From IMG/VR virus record IMGVR_UViG_3300025530_000002: a stretch of DNA of 64,000 nucleotides, one strand, 5' to 3'. The DNA is from a virus. This document shows positions 40,254 through 49,567 of the stretch, piece by piece. A model generated the notes under the pieces. That model was not told the origin of the DNA. It was given only the letters and a program-made list of their open reading frames with translations, and did no database searches. Numbering within the stretch: the stretch's first letter is position 1; each line of letters starts with the position of its first letter. The position numbers were made by a program, and so were the translations under genes.

Positions 40254-43200
40254 ATGGCCCTTCGGCGCTACGAGCCTGATTACTTGGGTATCGCAGACCG
40301 GTATCTGCAGCGCGGCCAGCCGGAAGACGAGCTTACCGCACCCCGTCCGACCCGGCAGCCCGTCGAAGAACCGGCTGGTTTGCGCAAGGTGACGCCGGCA
40401 GAGCGCGCGGAGTGGCGCTTCCGGCGCGCCAACCGCCGCACTGGCGACACTGAGAAGGCGTTCGACCAGGGCGCGGCCAACGTCGGCGCCAGCGTCATCG
40501 CCACACGCGGTCTGGTGCGGAACCTTGTGTCGCCCGGCTCGGGTGACGAGGATCTGATTCGTTCGGTCCGCATAAACGAAAGAGCCGCCGAGTACGGCCC
40601 GCGTGTCCAGCAAATCGAGGACATCGAAAACCCGCTCGACGCGCTGGAGTACGCCCGCAACGTCGCGGTCCAGCAGGTGCCCAACGTGGCCACCATCATT
40701 GCTGGCGGCGGTATCGGCGGCGGTCTGGCGCGCGGTGCGACGGCCGTGGCGGCGCGCCAGGCGGCCAGCCGCGTCGCCCAGCGCGCTGCTGCGCGTCTAG
40801 GCGAGGAGGTCGTTTCGCGCCAGACCCGGAAGCGCGCCGCCGACGTGGCCGCCCGCGCGCTGGCCGGCCGCCGGCGTTACAACGCCGTGGCCGAAGGTGT
40901 GGGGCAGGCAGCGGCCGGTGCGGTCCTGCAGTCCGGACAGATGGCCGAGGCAGCCCTGGACGACACCCAGATCCAGGACCCGCGCCAGCGTGCGGCCATG
41001 GCGCTGACCGGCGCGGCCGTCACCGGCGCCATCGACGCGCTGCCGGTCAGCCGCCTGATGAAGCGCCTAGGCCTGTCGAGCGCCGATGATGCGGCCAAGT
41101 TCGTGGCGCAAGGCCCGCTTGTCCAGCGCGTCACCAAGCAGGCGGCGCGGCAGGGTCTGGAAGAGGCCACCACTGAGGTCGTGCAGACCGTGGGCGAGCT
41201 GGCCACGCACAAGTGGATCAACAACAACGTCGAGCTGCTGGACGACGACGCGCTGAGCCAGTACGCCAACGCGTTCGTCGGCGGCTTCGTCGGCGGCGCC
41301 GCCTTCGGTGCGCCAGCCGGCCTGCGCGGCAGCACGTCGGATGACCGGCTGTTCGCCCGCGTGCGTGATGGACTGCGCGAGGGCTTCAACAGCCTGCGCG
41401 AGAAGCTGCCGGGGCTGTTTGGCCAGGTTGGCGAGCCTGTGGAAGATATACAGGCGCCTCCGAATCGCGGCTCCGGTACGCGCGCCGAGGCGGAGCCCCC
41501 GCGCGGCTCCGGCACGCGAGCCGGGACGGAGACCCCGCGTGCCGAGACGGCGGCCCCGCGCGGCGAGGCGGAGACCCCGCGCGGCGAGGCGGAGACCTCG
41601 CGCGTGCGCGACACGTTCGACCGGTTCCTGAACGCCGAGCGCGCGTCGATGGAGTTCGACGAGCTGCTGGCGTCCTTGGAGGAAAAGCCCTACGACTTCC
41701 AGGAGATCGGCAACGAGGCGGTTCTGGCCGGTGCGCCGGCTGGCAAGTTCGTCAACCCGGCGCGCCTGGCGGAAGTGCGCACGAACTTCGGCCTGACCAA
41801 GTCGCAGGCGCTGATGGCCGCTGCCCTGCCGACCGAGCCGGCGATCCAGCGCATGGCTTCCGACGGCACTCTGGACGTGGCGTACCGGGCTTTCACGGGC
41901 GCGGACGTGAAGCGCTTCACGCCGGAGCAGAAGCGCCAGCTGGTCGATTACGTCAACGCGCTGCCGAAGGAACAGGCCACGATGTTCAAGCGCACCCTGG
42001 CCTTCGTCGAGGCCTTGGCGCGCCGGGGGCTGCTGGAGCGCGATGCGGACGGCAACCTGTCCGAGGCGTACATCTACGACCCGGCGACGGCCGGGCAGTT
42101 CGCGGAGGCCAGCGCAGCGGCGCAGGCCGACCCGAGCGAGCTGCAGCAGCTGGGCGAGACGGAGATCTCGCCTCAATCCGATCCGAGGACGATCGCCCGT
42201 ACGGTGCTGCGCGCAGCGCGCGGCACCAAGATCACGCAGGGGATGCCGCCGCGTGACCTGGTGATGACCGACGGGCAGGAGCGCCGTGTGCTGCAGTTCG
42301 GCGCGGCCCTGCGCGCGGCGCGCGAGGCTGATCCGGACGCCGCTCAATCAGTCGATGCCATCCAGGACGCGAACGAGAAGCTCCGCGCTCAGGTGGCCCT
42401 GGTCGACAGCTACTTGCGCGAGCAGGGGTGGCGCATCGACCTGGCTTCGGTGCGCCCTTCCGTGCGGTTCGGCGAGGGCTGGGGACTGACCCCCGCCCTG
42501 GCCCGGCAGCTGCGCACGGACTTGGGCGAGGAGCAGGGGCGCCCGCGCTGGGAGCAGACTCCGCTGGCGCGCGCGGCGCGCGGCGAGGAAGCGATCTCGC
42601 CGGCCGAGCTGGAGCTGGCCCGGGAGCGTATCGAGCGCGAGCGCCCGCGTGCGATCGACGACGACTACGGTCAGGCCGACCGCATGGAGATCGAACAGCT
42701 GACCGGCGATGCGGACGGCATCGAGCCCCCGCCGCGCGTGGCCCTGCCTGGCACCGGTCCGCAGTCGGGTACCTACACCATGCGCCGGGAGCCGCGTACG
42801 CCGCCGGCCGGGCCGTCTTTCACCGAGCTGTGGGAGCGTGAGCTGCGTCGCAGCGGCTTGCGCGAAGAGGACGGGCGGATCGTGCGCCGCAACGGCCGTC
42901 CGATCACGCCGGAGATGGAGGCGACGATTCGGCGCAAGGTCGAGCGCCAGCTGACCCAGCAGGGCGTGGAGCGCCTGCCGCCGAACCCGCAGGCCCAGCC
43001 GTTCGACAATGCGCGTGTCCGGGAGGCCGAGCGCCGAGGTATGCGCGACGCCTCGCTGGACACCCGAGGCGAGGATGCGGGCTTCGCGGATAGGGCGGCG
43101 CTCGATGAAGAGCGCAAGGTCGAGCGTATCCAGACGAGCATTCTGGAGGGGCAAGAGCGCCGCCGCAACGAAGCTGCAGCCGAGCGCAAAGAGCGGCTGG

Positions 43201-46200
43201 CCGCGCGCAAATTCAAAGCGACGCCGGCCAAGCGCAAAGCGCAACCGACCGAGCGCGAAGCGCAGCTGAGCGATCGTGATGTTTCGCAGCGCGAGTTCCT
43301 CGAAAGCATCCGCAGCATGCTCCACAGCAGGGAAGAGATCGAGCGCTTCGAGGCGCGCCTGCAGCGCGTGCGCTCGCCCGCCACGCTGGTGGCGCTGCGC
43401 GACGCAATTATGGCCAATCGGGACGCGCCGTTCGCTGACACTGCGCTCGCGGCCGTCGTGGAGCGCTCGATCGCGTTGCGTGAGGCCACTCTTGCGGCGT
43501 CTGCGCGCTCCGCGGAGGCCATCAGGGCCGGGAAAAGCCGCTTCACGATGGTCAACAGCAATGAGTACATCCGTCGGGTCGAAGCGCTGCGCAACGGCTT
43601 GAAGCAACTGGCGTCGCAGACGGACGTATACGACTTGCAGGACGTGCTCAAGATCATCGCGCGCATCACTACGTCTGAACGGCAGCGTGCGGTGGTCGAC
43701 GCGCTGCTGCAGTCGCGCGCCGCCCGCGGCGTCAAAATCCGCTTCACGTACAGCTCCAAAGCGCCCAACGGCGCGTACCACCTCGGTAGCGACACGATCG
43801 AACTGGACCTCACCGACCCGCAGCCCCTGCGCATCAGCGGGCGCTCTGCGTGGTATGACGCGCTGTCAGCCATCCTGCATGAGGCGGTGCACGCGGCGAC
43901 GTACAAGGGGGAGATGGCCCGCCCGCTGATGCGCAAGGAGCTGAACGACCTGCTGCTCCACGTGCGCACGGAGCTGGCGAAGCAGGGCGTGGACGTGGAC
44001 TCCTGGTACGGCCTGTCCGACACCCAGGAGTTCCTGGCGGAAGCGTTCACCAACCCGCACCTGCAGGCCCTGCTGGAGTCGGTCCCGGCGGCTAACACCA
44101 ACACGTTCCGCAACGCTTGGGAGCAGTTCAAGAACTGGCTTGCCCGTCTGCTGGGCTTGGCGACGGACAAGCGCGCGCAGACTGCGCTGGACGAAGTGCT
44201 CACCTTCGGACGGGTGCTCATGCAGGAAACCGCGCAGGCGCGCTTGGACACCCAGACGGACATCTACGCCGGCGCCGGGCCCAGCGTGCTCAACAGCGCC
44301 ACCCTCCCAGAGGAGCCGACCGACTGGGTGGTGACCCTCAAGCCGGAGGACAAGGCTCGGCTGCTGGCGGCGTTCGAAGCCCCGAAGATCCGCAACCAGA
44401 TCGCCAGGGCGCTGCCGAAGGACATGCGCCACCTGGTGTACTCGGCCGACGCTGGCCCGTACATCCTGATCAACACCGGCGTGGCCATGTACCTGGACGG
44501 CAAGCTGGACCTGAGCAGCAAGGACCGCGGCGCGGTGCGGCGGCTGTGGGACACCATCAGCGAGGCGCTGCGCATCCCCAACGCGAACGTCTACGCCAAA
44601 CAGATCCTGGCAGACATCAAATCGGGCTACCTGCAGCAGCGAGGGAAGTACTACGATGCCCGCAAGCGCGTCCTGATCCGCAACCCGGAGGACCGGATCG
44701 GCCGGATGGCGTACCGGGCGCACCGCTGGATGCAGCGTCATGTGCAGCCGGTCTACGAAGGGCTGCTGAAGAACATGCACAGCCGCCTGCGCGCCGAGGG
44801 CATCCCGGCCATGCGCGAACTGGCCACGCTGATCTCCGAACGTACGGGTGAGTTCCGCGCCGACGACCAGCAGAGCTATCGACGCCGCTGGAACCGACAG
44901 GAGACCCGGCTCCTTAACCGGCTCGCCCCCATCCTGAGCGATCTGACGCCGCGCGAGGAGCGCATCCTGGTGCGCGCGCTGCAGCGCGGCAAGCTGCCGG
45001 CGAAGTACGCCAACGACAAGCGCTACAAGGCCAAGTACAACGCCATCCGCAAGTACCTCGACGACATGTACGATTACATGACGGAGGCCGGCGTGGAGCT
45101 TGGCCGGGTGGACAACTTCTTCCCGGTCGTCATGGACGCGGACAAGGTGCAGCGCCAGCGCGATCTGTTCTTCGAGCTGCACCGGGCGCCGAACCTGGAG
45201 CGCCCGATCCGGCAGCGCTTCGCCAAGTACGCCACCGAGTACGTGCGCCGGCTGGAGGCCAAGCCGAAGCTGTCCAAGGCCGAGCGTGACAAGCTCGACG
45301 CCATGACCCGGTACATGAACGACGTGCTCGACCCTGAGAAGGTCCCGATCGACGAGCTGATCGAAGACCTGTACCAGATGGCTATCTTTGGTGGCCGTGA
45401 GCACTACGTTGCCGGCGTCAACTTCGCCGACTCGGCCCACGTGCCGTCGTTCAGCTCGATCCAGCCGCGGACCAGCTCGTTCATCTTCACCCACGGTACG
45501 CCTGAGCAGCGCCGGCTGTTCGCCAAGTTCCAGAAGACCAACCTGACCGGCATCCTGGTCAAGTACACCCGCCGGGCCGTGCGTCGGGCGGAGTGGGAGC
45601 GCATGGGACTGACCGACCAGATCCAGAACCTGTTCGAGCAAGCCCGTGTGCAGGGTGCGGATGACCGCCAGCTCCAGATGATGCAGGACTACCTGAACAT
45701 GGAGATGGGGGTCTACAACGACGACTGGAACCCGGTCATCAAGCGCATCCTGACCGGTATCGACACCGTCTTCGGCTCGAAGCTGGCCCAGACCGACTTC
45801 CAGAAATGGAAGGGCGCCCAGGCGGCGCTGATGACCTACAACAACCTGCGCCTGCTGCCGCTGGCGGTGGCTTCGGCGTTCGTCGATCCGCTGGCGGTGA
45901 TGGTGCGTGCCGGTGGCGTGCGCGACGCGTTCGGCGCGTACCGCGACGCCCTGCGTGCGTTGCGCAACGTGGGCGGCAACGACGAGCTGCGTAAATTCGC
46001 CGAGCTGTACGGCTACATCGAGCGCGAGGGCATGGGCGACGTCCTGGCCCCGCTGTACGGCGGCACCTACGACCCGGACTCGCGTCTGGGCAAGATCAAC
46101 TCGGCCTTGTTCCGGTACAACGGCCTGGAGGCGATGACCCGGTTTACCCGTCTGGCGGCGCTGGCCGCCGGCCACCGGTTCCTGATCCGCCACGCGTTCA

Positions 46201-46814
46201 ACCCGGATGCGAACAGCGCTCGGTACCTGCGCGAGCTGGGCCTGACCGCCGAGGACATCCGGCTGACCAAGAACGGCAAGTTCGTGGTCCAGACGCCGAA
46301 GGTCCAGGCGGCCCTGCGGCGGTTCGTGGATGAAGCCACGGTGCGTCCGGAGCCGGGCGACCGGCCGAGCTGGCACAACGACCCGAACTTCAACCTGGCC
46401 AGCCAGTACAAAGGCTACCTGTACGCCTTCTACGAGAAGGTCATGGTCCGGGCGCTGCACGAGCTGCGGTTCGGCAACCCGGCCGTGCTCGTGCCGCTGA
46501 TGATGTACCTGCCGGTCACCATGATGGGCGAGATCGCGCGCGACCTGCTGCAGGGCGACGCCGACGACAAGGACCCGGAGGACTACCTGTGGCTGGCGGT
46601 GGACCGCTCTGGTCTGCTGGGGCCGCGCGCCGGTACGATCAACGACACCGCGACCAACTTCAAGTACGGCGACGGCGTCCTCGGCACCCTGGCAGGCCCC
46701 ACTGGACGTCAGCTCGCGGACGCGTACGATACCCTGACGGGCGACGAGGAGCTGTCCGACCTGCTGCTTGAGGCGCTGCCCGGGCAGGCGCTGTACAAGA
46801 AGTGGGGAGACTGA
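40254..46814 (+). CDS. Giant virion-associated protein (2186 aa) with an HExxH zincin-like motif; polyvalent/ejection protein candidate
   Basis: ATG at 40254. Gly/Ala-rich hydrophobic N-terminal region (IIAGGGIGGGLARGA). Tandem PRG(S/E)...ET repeats. SAILHEAVHAATYKG followed by TQEFLAEAFTN. Long helical C-terminal half. Confidence 0.75.
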   Translation: MALRRYEPDYLGIADRYLQRGQPEDELTAPRPTRQPVEEPAGLRKVTPAERAEWRFRRANRRTGDTEKAFDQGAANVGASVIATRGLVRNLVSPGSGDEDLIRSVRINERAAEYGPRVQQIEDIENPLDALEYARNVAVQQVPNVATIIAGGGIGGGLARGATAVAARQAASRVAQRAAARLGEEVVSRQTRKRAADVAARALAGRRRYNAVAEGVGQAAAGAVLQSGQMAEAALDDTQIQDPRQRAAMALTGAAVTGAIDALPVSRLMKRLGLSSADDAAKFVAQGPLVQRVTKQAARQGLEEATTEVVQTVGELATHKWINNNVELLDDDALSQYANAFVGGFVGGAAFGAPAGLRGSTSDDRLFARVRDGLREGFNSLREKLPGLFGQVGEPVEDIQAPPNRGSGTRAEAEPPRGSGTRAGTETPRAETAAPRGEAETPRGEAETSRVRDTFDRFLNAERASMEFDELLASLEEKPYDFQEIGNEAVLAGAPAGKFVNPARLAEVRTNFGLTKSQALMAAALPTEPAIQRMASDGTLDVAYRAFTGADVKRFTPEQKRQLVDYVNALPKEQATMFKRTLAFVEALARRGLLERDADGNLSEAYIYDPATAGQFAEASAAAQADPSELQQLGETEISPQSDPRTIARTVLRAARGTKITQGMPPRDLVMTDGQERRVLQFGAALRAAREADPDAAQSVDAIQDANEKLRAQVALVDSYLREQGWRIDLASVRPSVRFGEGWGLTPALARQLRTDLGEEQGRPRWEQTPLARAARGEEAISPAELELARERIERERPRAIDDDYGQADRMEIEQLTGDADGIEPPPRVALPGTGPQSGTYTMRREPRTPPAGPSFTELWERELRRSGLREEDGRIVRRNGRPITPEMEATIRRKVERQLTQQGVERLPPNPQAQPFDNARVREAERRGMRDASLDTRGEDAGFADRAALDEERKVERIQTSILEGQERRRNEAAAERKERLAARKFKATPAKRKAQPTEREAQLSDRDVSQREFLESIRSMLHSREEIERFEARLQRVRSPATLVALRDAIMANRDAPFADTALAAVVERSIALREATLAASARSAEAIRAGKSRFTMVNSNEYIRRVEALRNGLKQLASQTDVYDLQDVLKIIARITTSERQRAVVDALLQSRAARGVKIRFTYSSKAPNGAYHLGSDTIELDLTDPQPLRISGRSAWYDALSAILHEAVHAATYKGEMARPLMRKELNDLLLHVRTELAKQGVDVDSWYGLSDTQEFLAEAFTNPHLQALLESVPAANTNTFRNAWEQFKNWLARLLGLATDKRAQTALDEVLTFGRVLMQETAQARLDTQTDIYAGAGPSVLNSATLPEEPTDWVVTLKPEDKARLLAAFEAPKIRNQIARALPKDMRHLVYSADAGPYILINTGVAMYLDGKLDLSSKDRGAVRRLWDTISEALRIPNANVYAKQILADIKSGYLQQRGKYYDARKRVLIRNPEDRIGRMAYRAHRWMQRHVQPVYEGLLKNMHSRLRAEGIPAMRELATLISERTGEFRADDQQSYRRRWNRQETRLLNRLAPILSDLTPREERILVRALQRGKLPAKYANDKRYKAKYNAIRKYLDDMYDYMTEAGVELGRVDNFFPVVMDADKVQRQRDLFFELHRAPNLERPIRQRFAKYATEYVRRLEAKPKLSKAERDKLDAMTRYMNDVLDPEKVPIDELIEDLYQMAIFGGREHYVAGVNFADSAHVPSFSSIQPRTSSFIFTHGTPEQRRLFAKFQKTNLTGILVKYTRRAVRRAEWERMGLTDQIQNLFEQARVQGADDRQLQMMQDYLNMEMGVYNDDWNPVIKRILTGIDTVFGSKLAQTDFQKWKGAQAALMTYNNLRLLPLAVASAFVDPLAVMVRAGGVRDAFGAYRDALRALRNVGGNDELRKFAELYGYIEREGMGDVLAPLYGGTYDPDSRLGKINSALFRYNGLEAMTRFTRLAALAAGHRFLIRHAFNPDANSARYLRELGLTAEDIRLTKNGKFVVQTPKVQAALRRFVDEATVRPEPGDRPSWHNDPNFNLASQYKGYLYAFYEKVMVRALHELRFGNPAVLVPLMMYLPVTMMGEIARDLLQGDADDKDPEDYLWLAVDRSGLLGPRAGTINDTATNFKYGDGVLGTLAGPTGRQLADAYDTLTGDEELSDLLLEALPGQALYKKWGD
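41465..41605. repeat. Imperfect tandem repeats inside the giant gene
   Basis: Encodes RGSGTRAEAEPPRGSGTRAGTETPRAETAAPRGEAETPRGEAETSR. Confidence 0.75.
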
Positions 46815-46827
46815 CGGAGACAGGGCC

Positions 46828-47016
46828 ATGAGCACGACAGAAGAGTTCCTCCACACGTACGGTATCTGCCAAGGCGAGGCCGAGTACGCCGTGACTCCGG
46901 GCGTCGCGTCCCAGATCGCCGCGACGTTCGGTCAGGAGCTGCACGAGGGTGAGCGCCTGATCCTGACCCTGCGCAACGGGCAGCAGATCGAAGTGGTTCA
47001 GTGGAAGGTGCACTGA
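46828..47016 (+). CDS. Hypothetical protein (62 aa)
   Basis: ATG at 46828. Its stop lies 1 nt before the next ATG. Confidence 0.55.
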   Translation: MSTTEEFLHTYGICQGEAEYAVTPGVASQIAATFGQELHEGERLILTLRNGQQIEVVQWKVH

Positions 47017-47017
47017 C

Positions 47018-48751
47018 ATGCGTGTCCGTACACTGCGCGCGATGGTGCTCAATAGCGACTACGCCGCCGAAGGGGGCTACTGGTTCATGCGGCGGTGGAA
47101 CTTCCTCGCCGACATGACGGGCAACAGCGCCGGGCTGCCAGGTGGTGAATACGGCGACTACACGCCGACGCGCATCCGATTCGACCGCTTCGAACTGACC
47201 GCACCGCCCGGCGTCGAAGTCTACGCGGATCTGGCGGTCGCCGATGTGTCGGACATTGGCGCGGCGTACAAATATAACTACTACGAGCCCCACGGCGGGG
47301 CCGTCCTCTACGCGGGGGAGTCGTGGCCGGTCAATCCGGTACCTGTCGCCTACGACAACACCGGCTGGTATGGCGCGTCGCCGTACCTGGCCGTCACTCT
47401 GGAGCTGAGCGTGTACTCCGACGACGTCGGCGCGTTGCCGTCGTGGGCGATCGCCCTTGAGTTCGACCTGACCATCGAGGTGCTTGCGTACGGCGAATGG
47501 GTGCCGTTGGCCGACGTTCTCAGTACGCCGGGCGAAATGTATGCCTACGACACCACCGGGGTGTCTCGTCCGTTTGAGTGGCAGCTTGGCGAAGACCTGG
47601 TTGCGTCAGGCGACGTGGCGATCGACTCCAACGAGCAGGTGTGTTTCTGGACCGACCTGGTCTTCGTCCAGCAGTACTGCGAAGACTCCGGCGGCGAGAC
47701 GCTCTTCGGCACCTTGACGGTAGACACTTCGGAGTCGGTGGGCGCGGCCAGGGCGTACCTGTCCGACGGCAACTGGGCCGACCCAGACTTCCTCGGCAGT
47801 CTGCCTGACCCGGGCGACTTCCCGCCGGTCGACCTGCGCTACACCTCGGTCAATCTGGCCGACCTGGACTACTACACCATCTACGGTATCTACGGCACTG
47901 AGCTGCAAGTAGGCAACGTTACCTACGGCGGCGGGGCGTTCTATTCGAGTACGACGCTGTCGGGCATCTCGGAAAACAACAACCCTGGCAGGTTCGTGTA
48001 CAGCTTTAGGGGCGACGCCCCCTGGAATCAGCACGACGCGCTGCTCCAACAGCTGTTCGTGCAGACGGACAGCCTGTATGTCCTGCTCGACGCTCGTCCA
48101 ATCGAGCGCGACTTTACAGTCACGTACTACGGCGCCGACCTGCTCAGCAATGAACCGGCGGGCGCTCAGCATTACTCCGCTGGCGTGACGTTTAGAGGCT
48201 ATACGTCGGTCGGCGATGAGCTGGTGTACAACAATTCCACCGTGGTTGTGCGAACGCCGGACGCGTATCGTTACACCACTATGGGGGCCATATACTACAA
48301 TTATCTAGACATCGAGGTCCGTATCACCGGCGCCGCTAGTACAGCGACACAGTACTCGTTCACGGCGAACATGTGGCTGCGCTATCCGTCCCCGACGCCG
48401 GTTATCGGCACGGTGGAAAACCTGTTTTTCTACGACGCGGACATCTTCGGCGACCCGGGTACGACAGTCCCGCCCGAAGAGACGCGGATGTACGAACCCG
48501 GGGAGCTGGAGGTGGTCTACATCCCAGACCCCGGCGTCGTACTCGACGACAACGACTACCCGCCGCGTGTCGGGTACTGCGTCCGGGTGGCGTCGCAGAC
48601 GTTCCTCGATAGGCTGGCGGACGGCGACGCTAGCTATGCGGATCTGCTCTTCAACACGAGCAGCGAGCGCTGGCTGTACGGGACCTTGAAGATCAACGGA
48701 CAGCCCCGTGGCATCATCCGGATCGTCAGGTACGGCGGCGGCGACGGCTGA
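47018..48751 (+). CDS. Hypothetical virion protein (577 aa), tail spike/fibre candidate
   Basis: Large beta-rich, Tyr/Gly/Asp-rich ORF at the distal end of the structural operon. Confidence 0.6.
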   Translation: MRVRTLRAMVLNSDYAAEGGYWFMRRWNFLADMTGNSAGLPGGEYGDYTPTRIRFDRFELTAPPGVEVYADLAVADVSDIGAAYKYNYYEPHGGAVLYAGESWPVNPVPVAYDNTGWYGASPYLAVTLELSVYSDDVGALPSWAIALEFDLTIEVLAYGEWVPLADVLSTPGEMYAYDTTGVSRPFEWQLGEDLVASGDVAIDSNEQVCFWTDLVFVQQYCEDSGGETLFGTLTVDTSESVGAARAYLSDGNWADPDFLGSLPDPGDFPPVDLRYTSVNLADLDYYTIYGIYGTELQVGNVTYGGGAFYSSTTLSGISENNNPGRFVYSFRGDAPWNQHDALLQQLFVQTDSLYVLLDARPIERDFTVTYYGADLLSNEPAGAQHYSAGVTFRGYTSVGDELVYNNSTVVVRTPDAYRYTTMGAIYYNYLDIEVRITGAASTATQYSFTANMWLRYPSPTPVIGTVENLFFYDADIFGDPGTTVPPEETRMYEPGELEVVYIPDPGVVLDDNDYPPRVGYCVRVASQTFLDRLADGDASYADLLFNTSSERWLYGTLKINGQPRGIIRIVRYGGGDG

Positions 48752-48812
48752 TACTATACCCCCGTCGCCGGGGCCAGGCGACACACCACAACGTCAACTA
48801 GAGAGGTGCGAT

Positions 48813-49040
48813 ATGGCCAAGCTGAAGTCCATCAACAAGTATGCCTCGGCTCCGCTGGCGCCGAACCCCCTGCCGGCCGGCGCCCTGATGCTGGTCGAGA
48901 TCGACGGCAACGTGTACCGCATCGATCCGTCCGCGGTCGGCGGCGCCGCGCTGCCGGACTGGGTGGCCAACATGCCGACCGAGGCGGGCGACTCGGGCAC
49001 CGTCTACAACGACAACGGTGTGCTGAAGGTCAGCCCCTGA
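48813..49040 (+). CDS. Hypothetical protein (75 aa); last gene of the rightward operon
   Basis: ATG at 48813 with a GAGAGG RBS. Confidence 0.55.
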   Translation: MAKLKSINKYASAPLAPNPLPAGALMLVEIDGNVYRIDPSAVGGAALPDWVANMPTEAGDSGTVYNDNGVLKVSP

Positions 49041-49072
49041 GTTCTACCCGACCGTTCGCGTTGCGAGCCTTG

Positions 49073-49098
49073 CCCCCGCAAAACGCGGGGGCTTTTTT
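49073..49098 (+). terminator. Rho-independent terminator at the convergence point
   Basis: CCCCCGC-aaaac-GCGGGGG followed by CTTTTTT. Lies between the convergent genes 48813..49040 (+) and 49124..49564 (-). Confidence 0.85.
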
Positions 49099-49123
49099 CA
49101 GAGCACGTCAGGTGGAACCGGTA

Positions 49124-49564
49124 TTAGACCCCAGTACCGAAGTAGAACACGTAGTCGCCGGTCAGGGTGATCTGCGTGACGCCGTCGGTGACGACGACGG
49201 TGAACGAACCCGAGATGACGGTGTTGCGCCCGGTGGCGCTCACGGTGACCGTCAGTCCACTGTGGGAGATCGTGGCACCTCCGGTGACGGTGCGCGACAC
49301 GATGCTGTAGCTGCCAGTGCCGCCAGAACAATTCACGGTGGCGCTACGGCTGACGCCCCCCGTCGTGGTATGCGGCCAGCTACCAACCAGCGTACTCGGC
49401 ACCAGCGATGCTTGGAACGGGGCGTTGGTCGGCCATACCTTAACCCACGCGCCGCCTTGGCGGGTGTAGATGCTCTGCGGTGAGATCCATCCGCCGCCTT
49501 GGCGGACGCGAATAGCGGATGGGGAGACTGGCTGACCTCCCCACTTAACCTTGAAATCTGCCAT
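49124..49564 (-). CDS. Fibre-associated protein (distal fibre or assembly factor candidate)
   Basis: 146 aa, Gly/Thr/Ser/Val-rich beta pattern, downstream of the tail-fibre gene. Confidence 0.45.
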   Translation of the reverse strand: MADFKVKWGGQPVSPSAIRVRQGGGWISPQSIYTRQGGAWVKVWPTNAPFQASLVPSTLVGSWPHTTTGGVSRSATVNCSGGTGSYSIVSRTVTGGATISHSGLTVTVSATGRNTVISGSFTVVVTDGVTQITLTGDYVFYFGTGV

Positions 49565-49567
49565 AGC

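Noticed and set aside
40254-46814. N4-like virion RNA polymerase, considered because of the N4 gp56-like capsid impression and the giant virion ORF.
   Set aside because: I could not find T7-like RNAP catalytic motifs (the paired Asp motifs A and C, or the motif B R-x3-K-x7-YG pattern). The recognisable motif is HExxH instead, and the size is well below the N4 vRNAP.
43866-46856. 996-aa minus-strand ORF antisense to the giant virion gene. Similar long antisense ORFs lie at 19572..20822, 21286..23292, 26613..28031, 28887..30989, 35035..36324, 36610..38820, 41067..42347 and 42348..44263.
   Set aside because: Their composition is Arg/Gly/Pro/His-rich and low in Lys/Ile/Phe/Asn, which is typical of stop-free antisense frames in GC-rich DNA. 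Each lies opposite a gene with clear motifs or operon logic. None has RBS or coupling signals.
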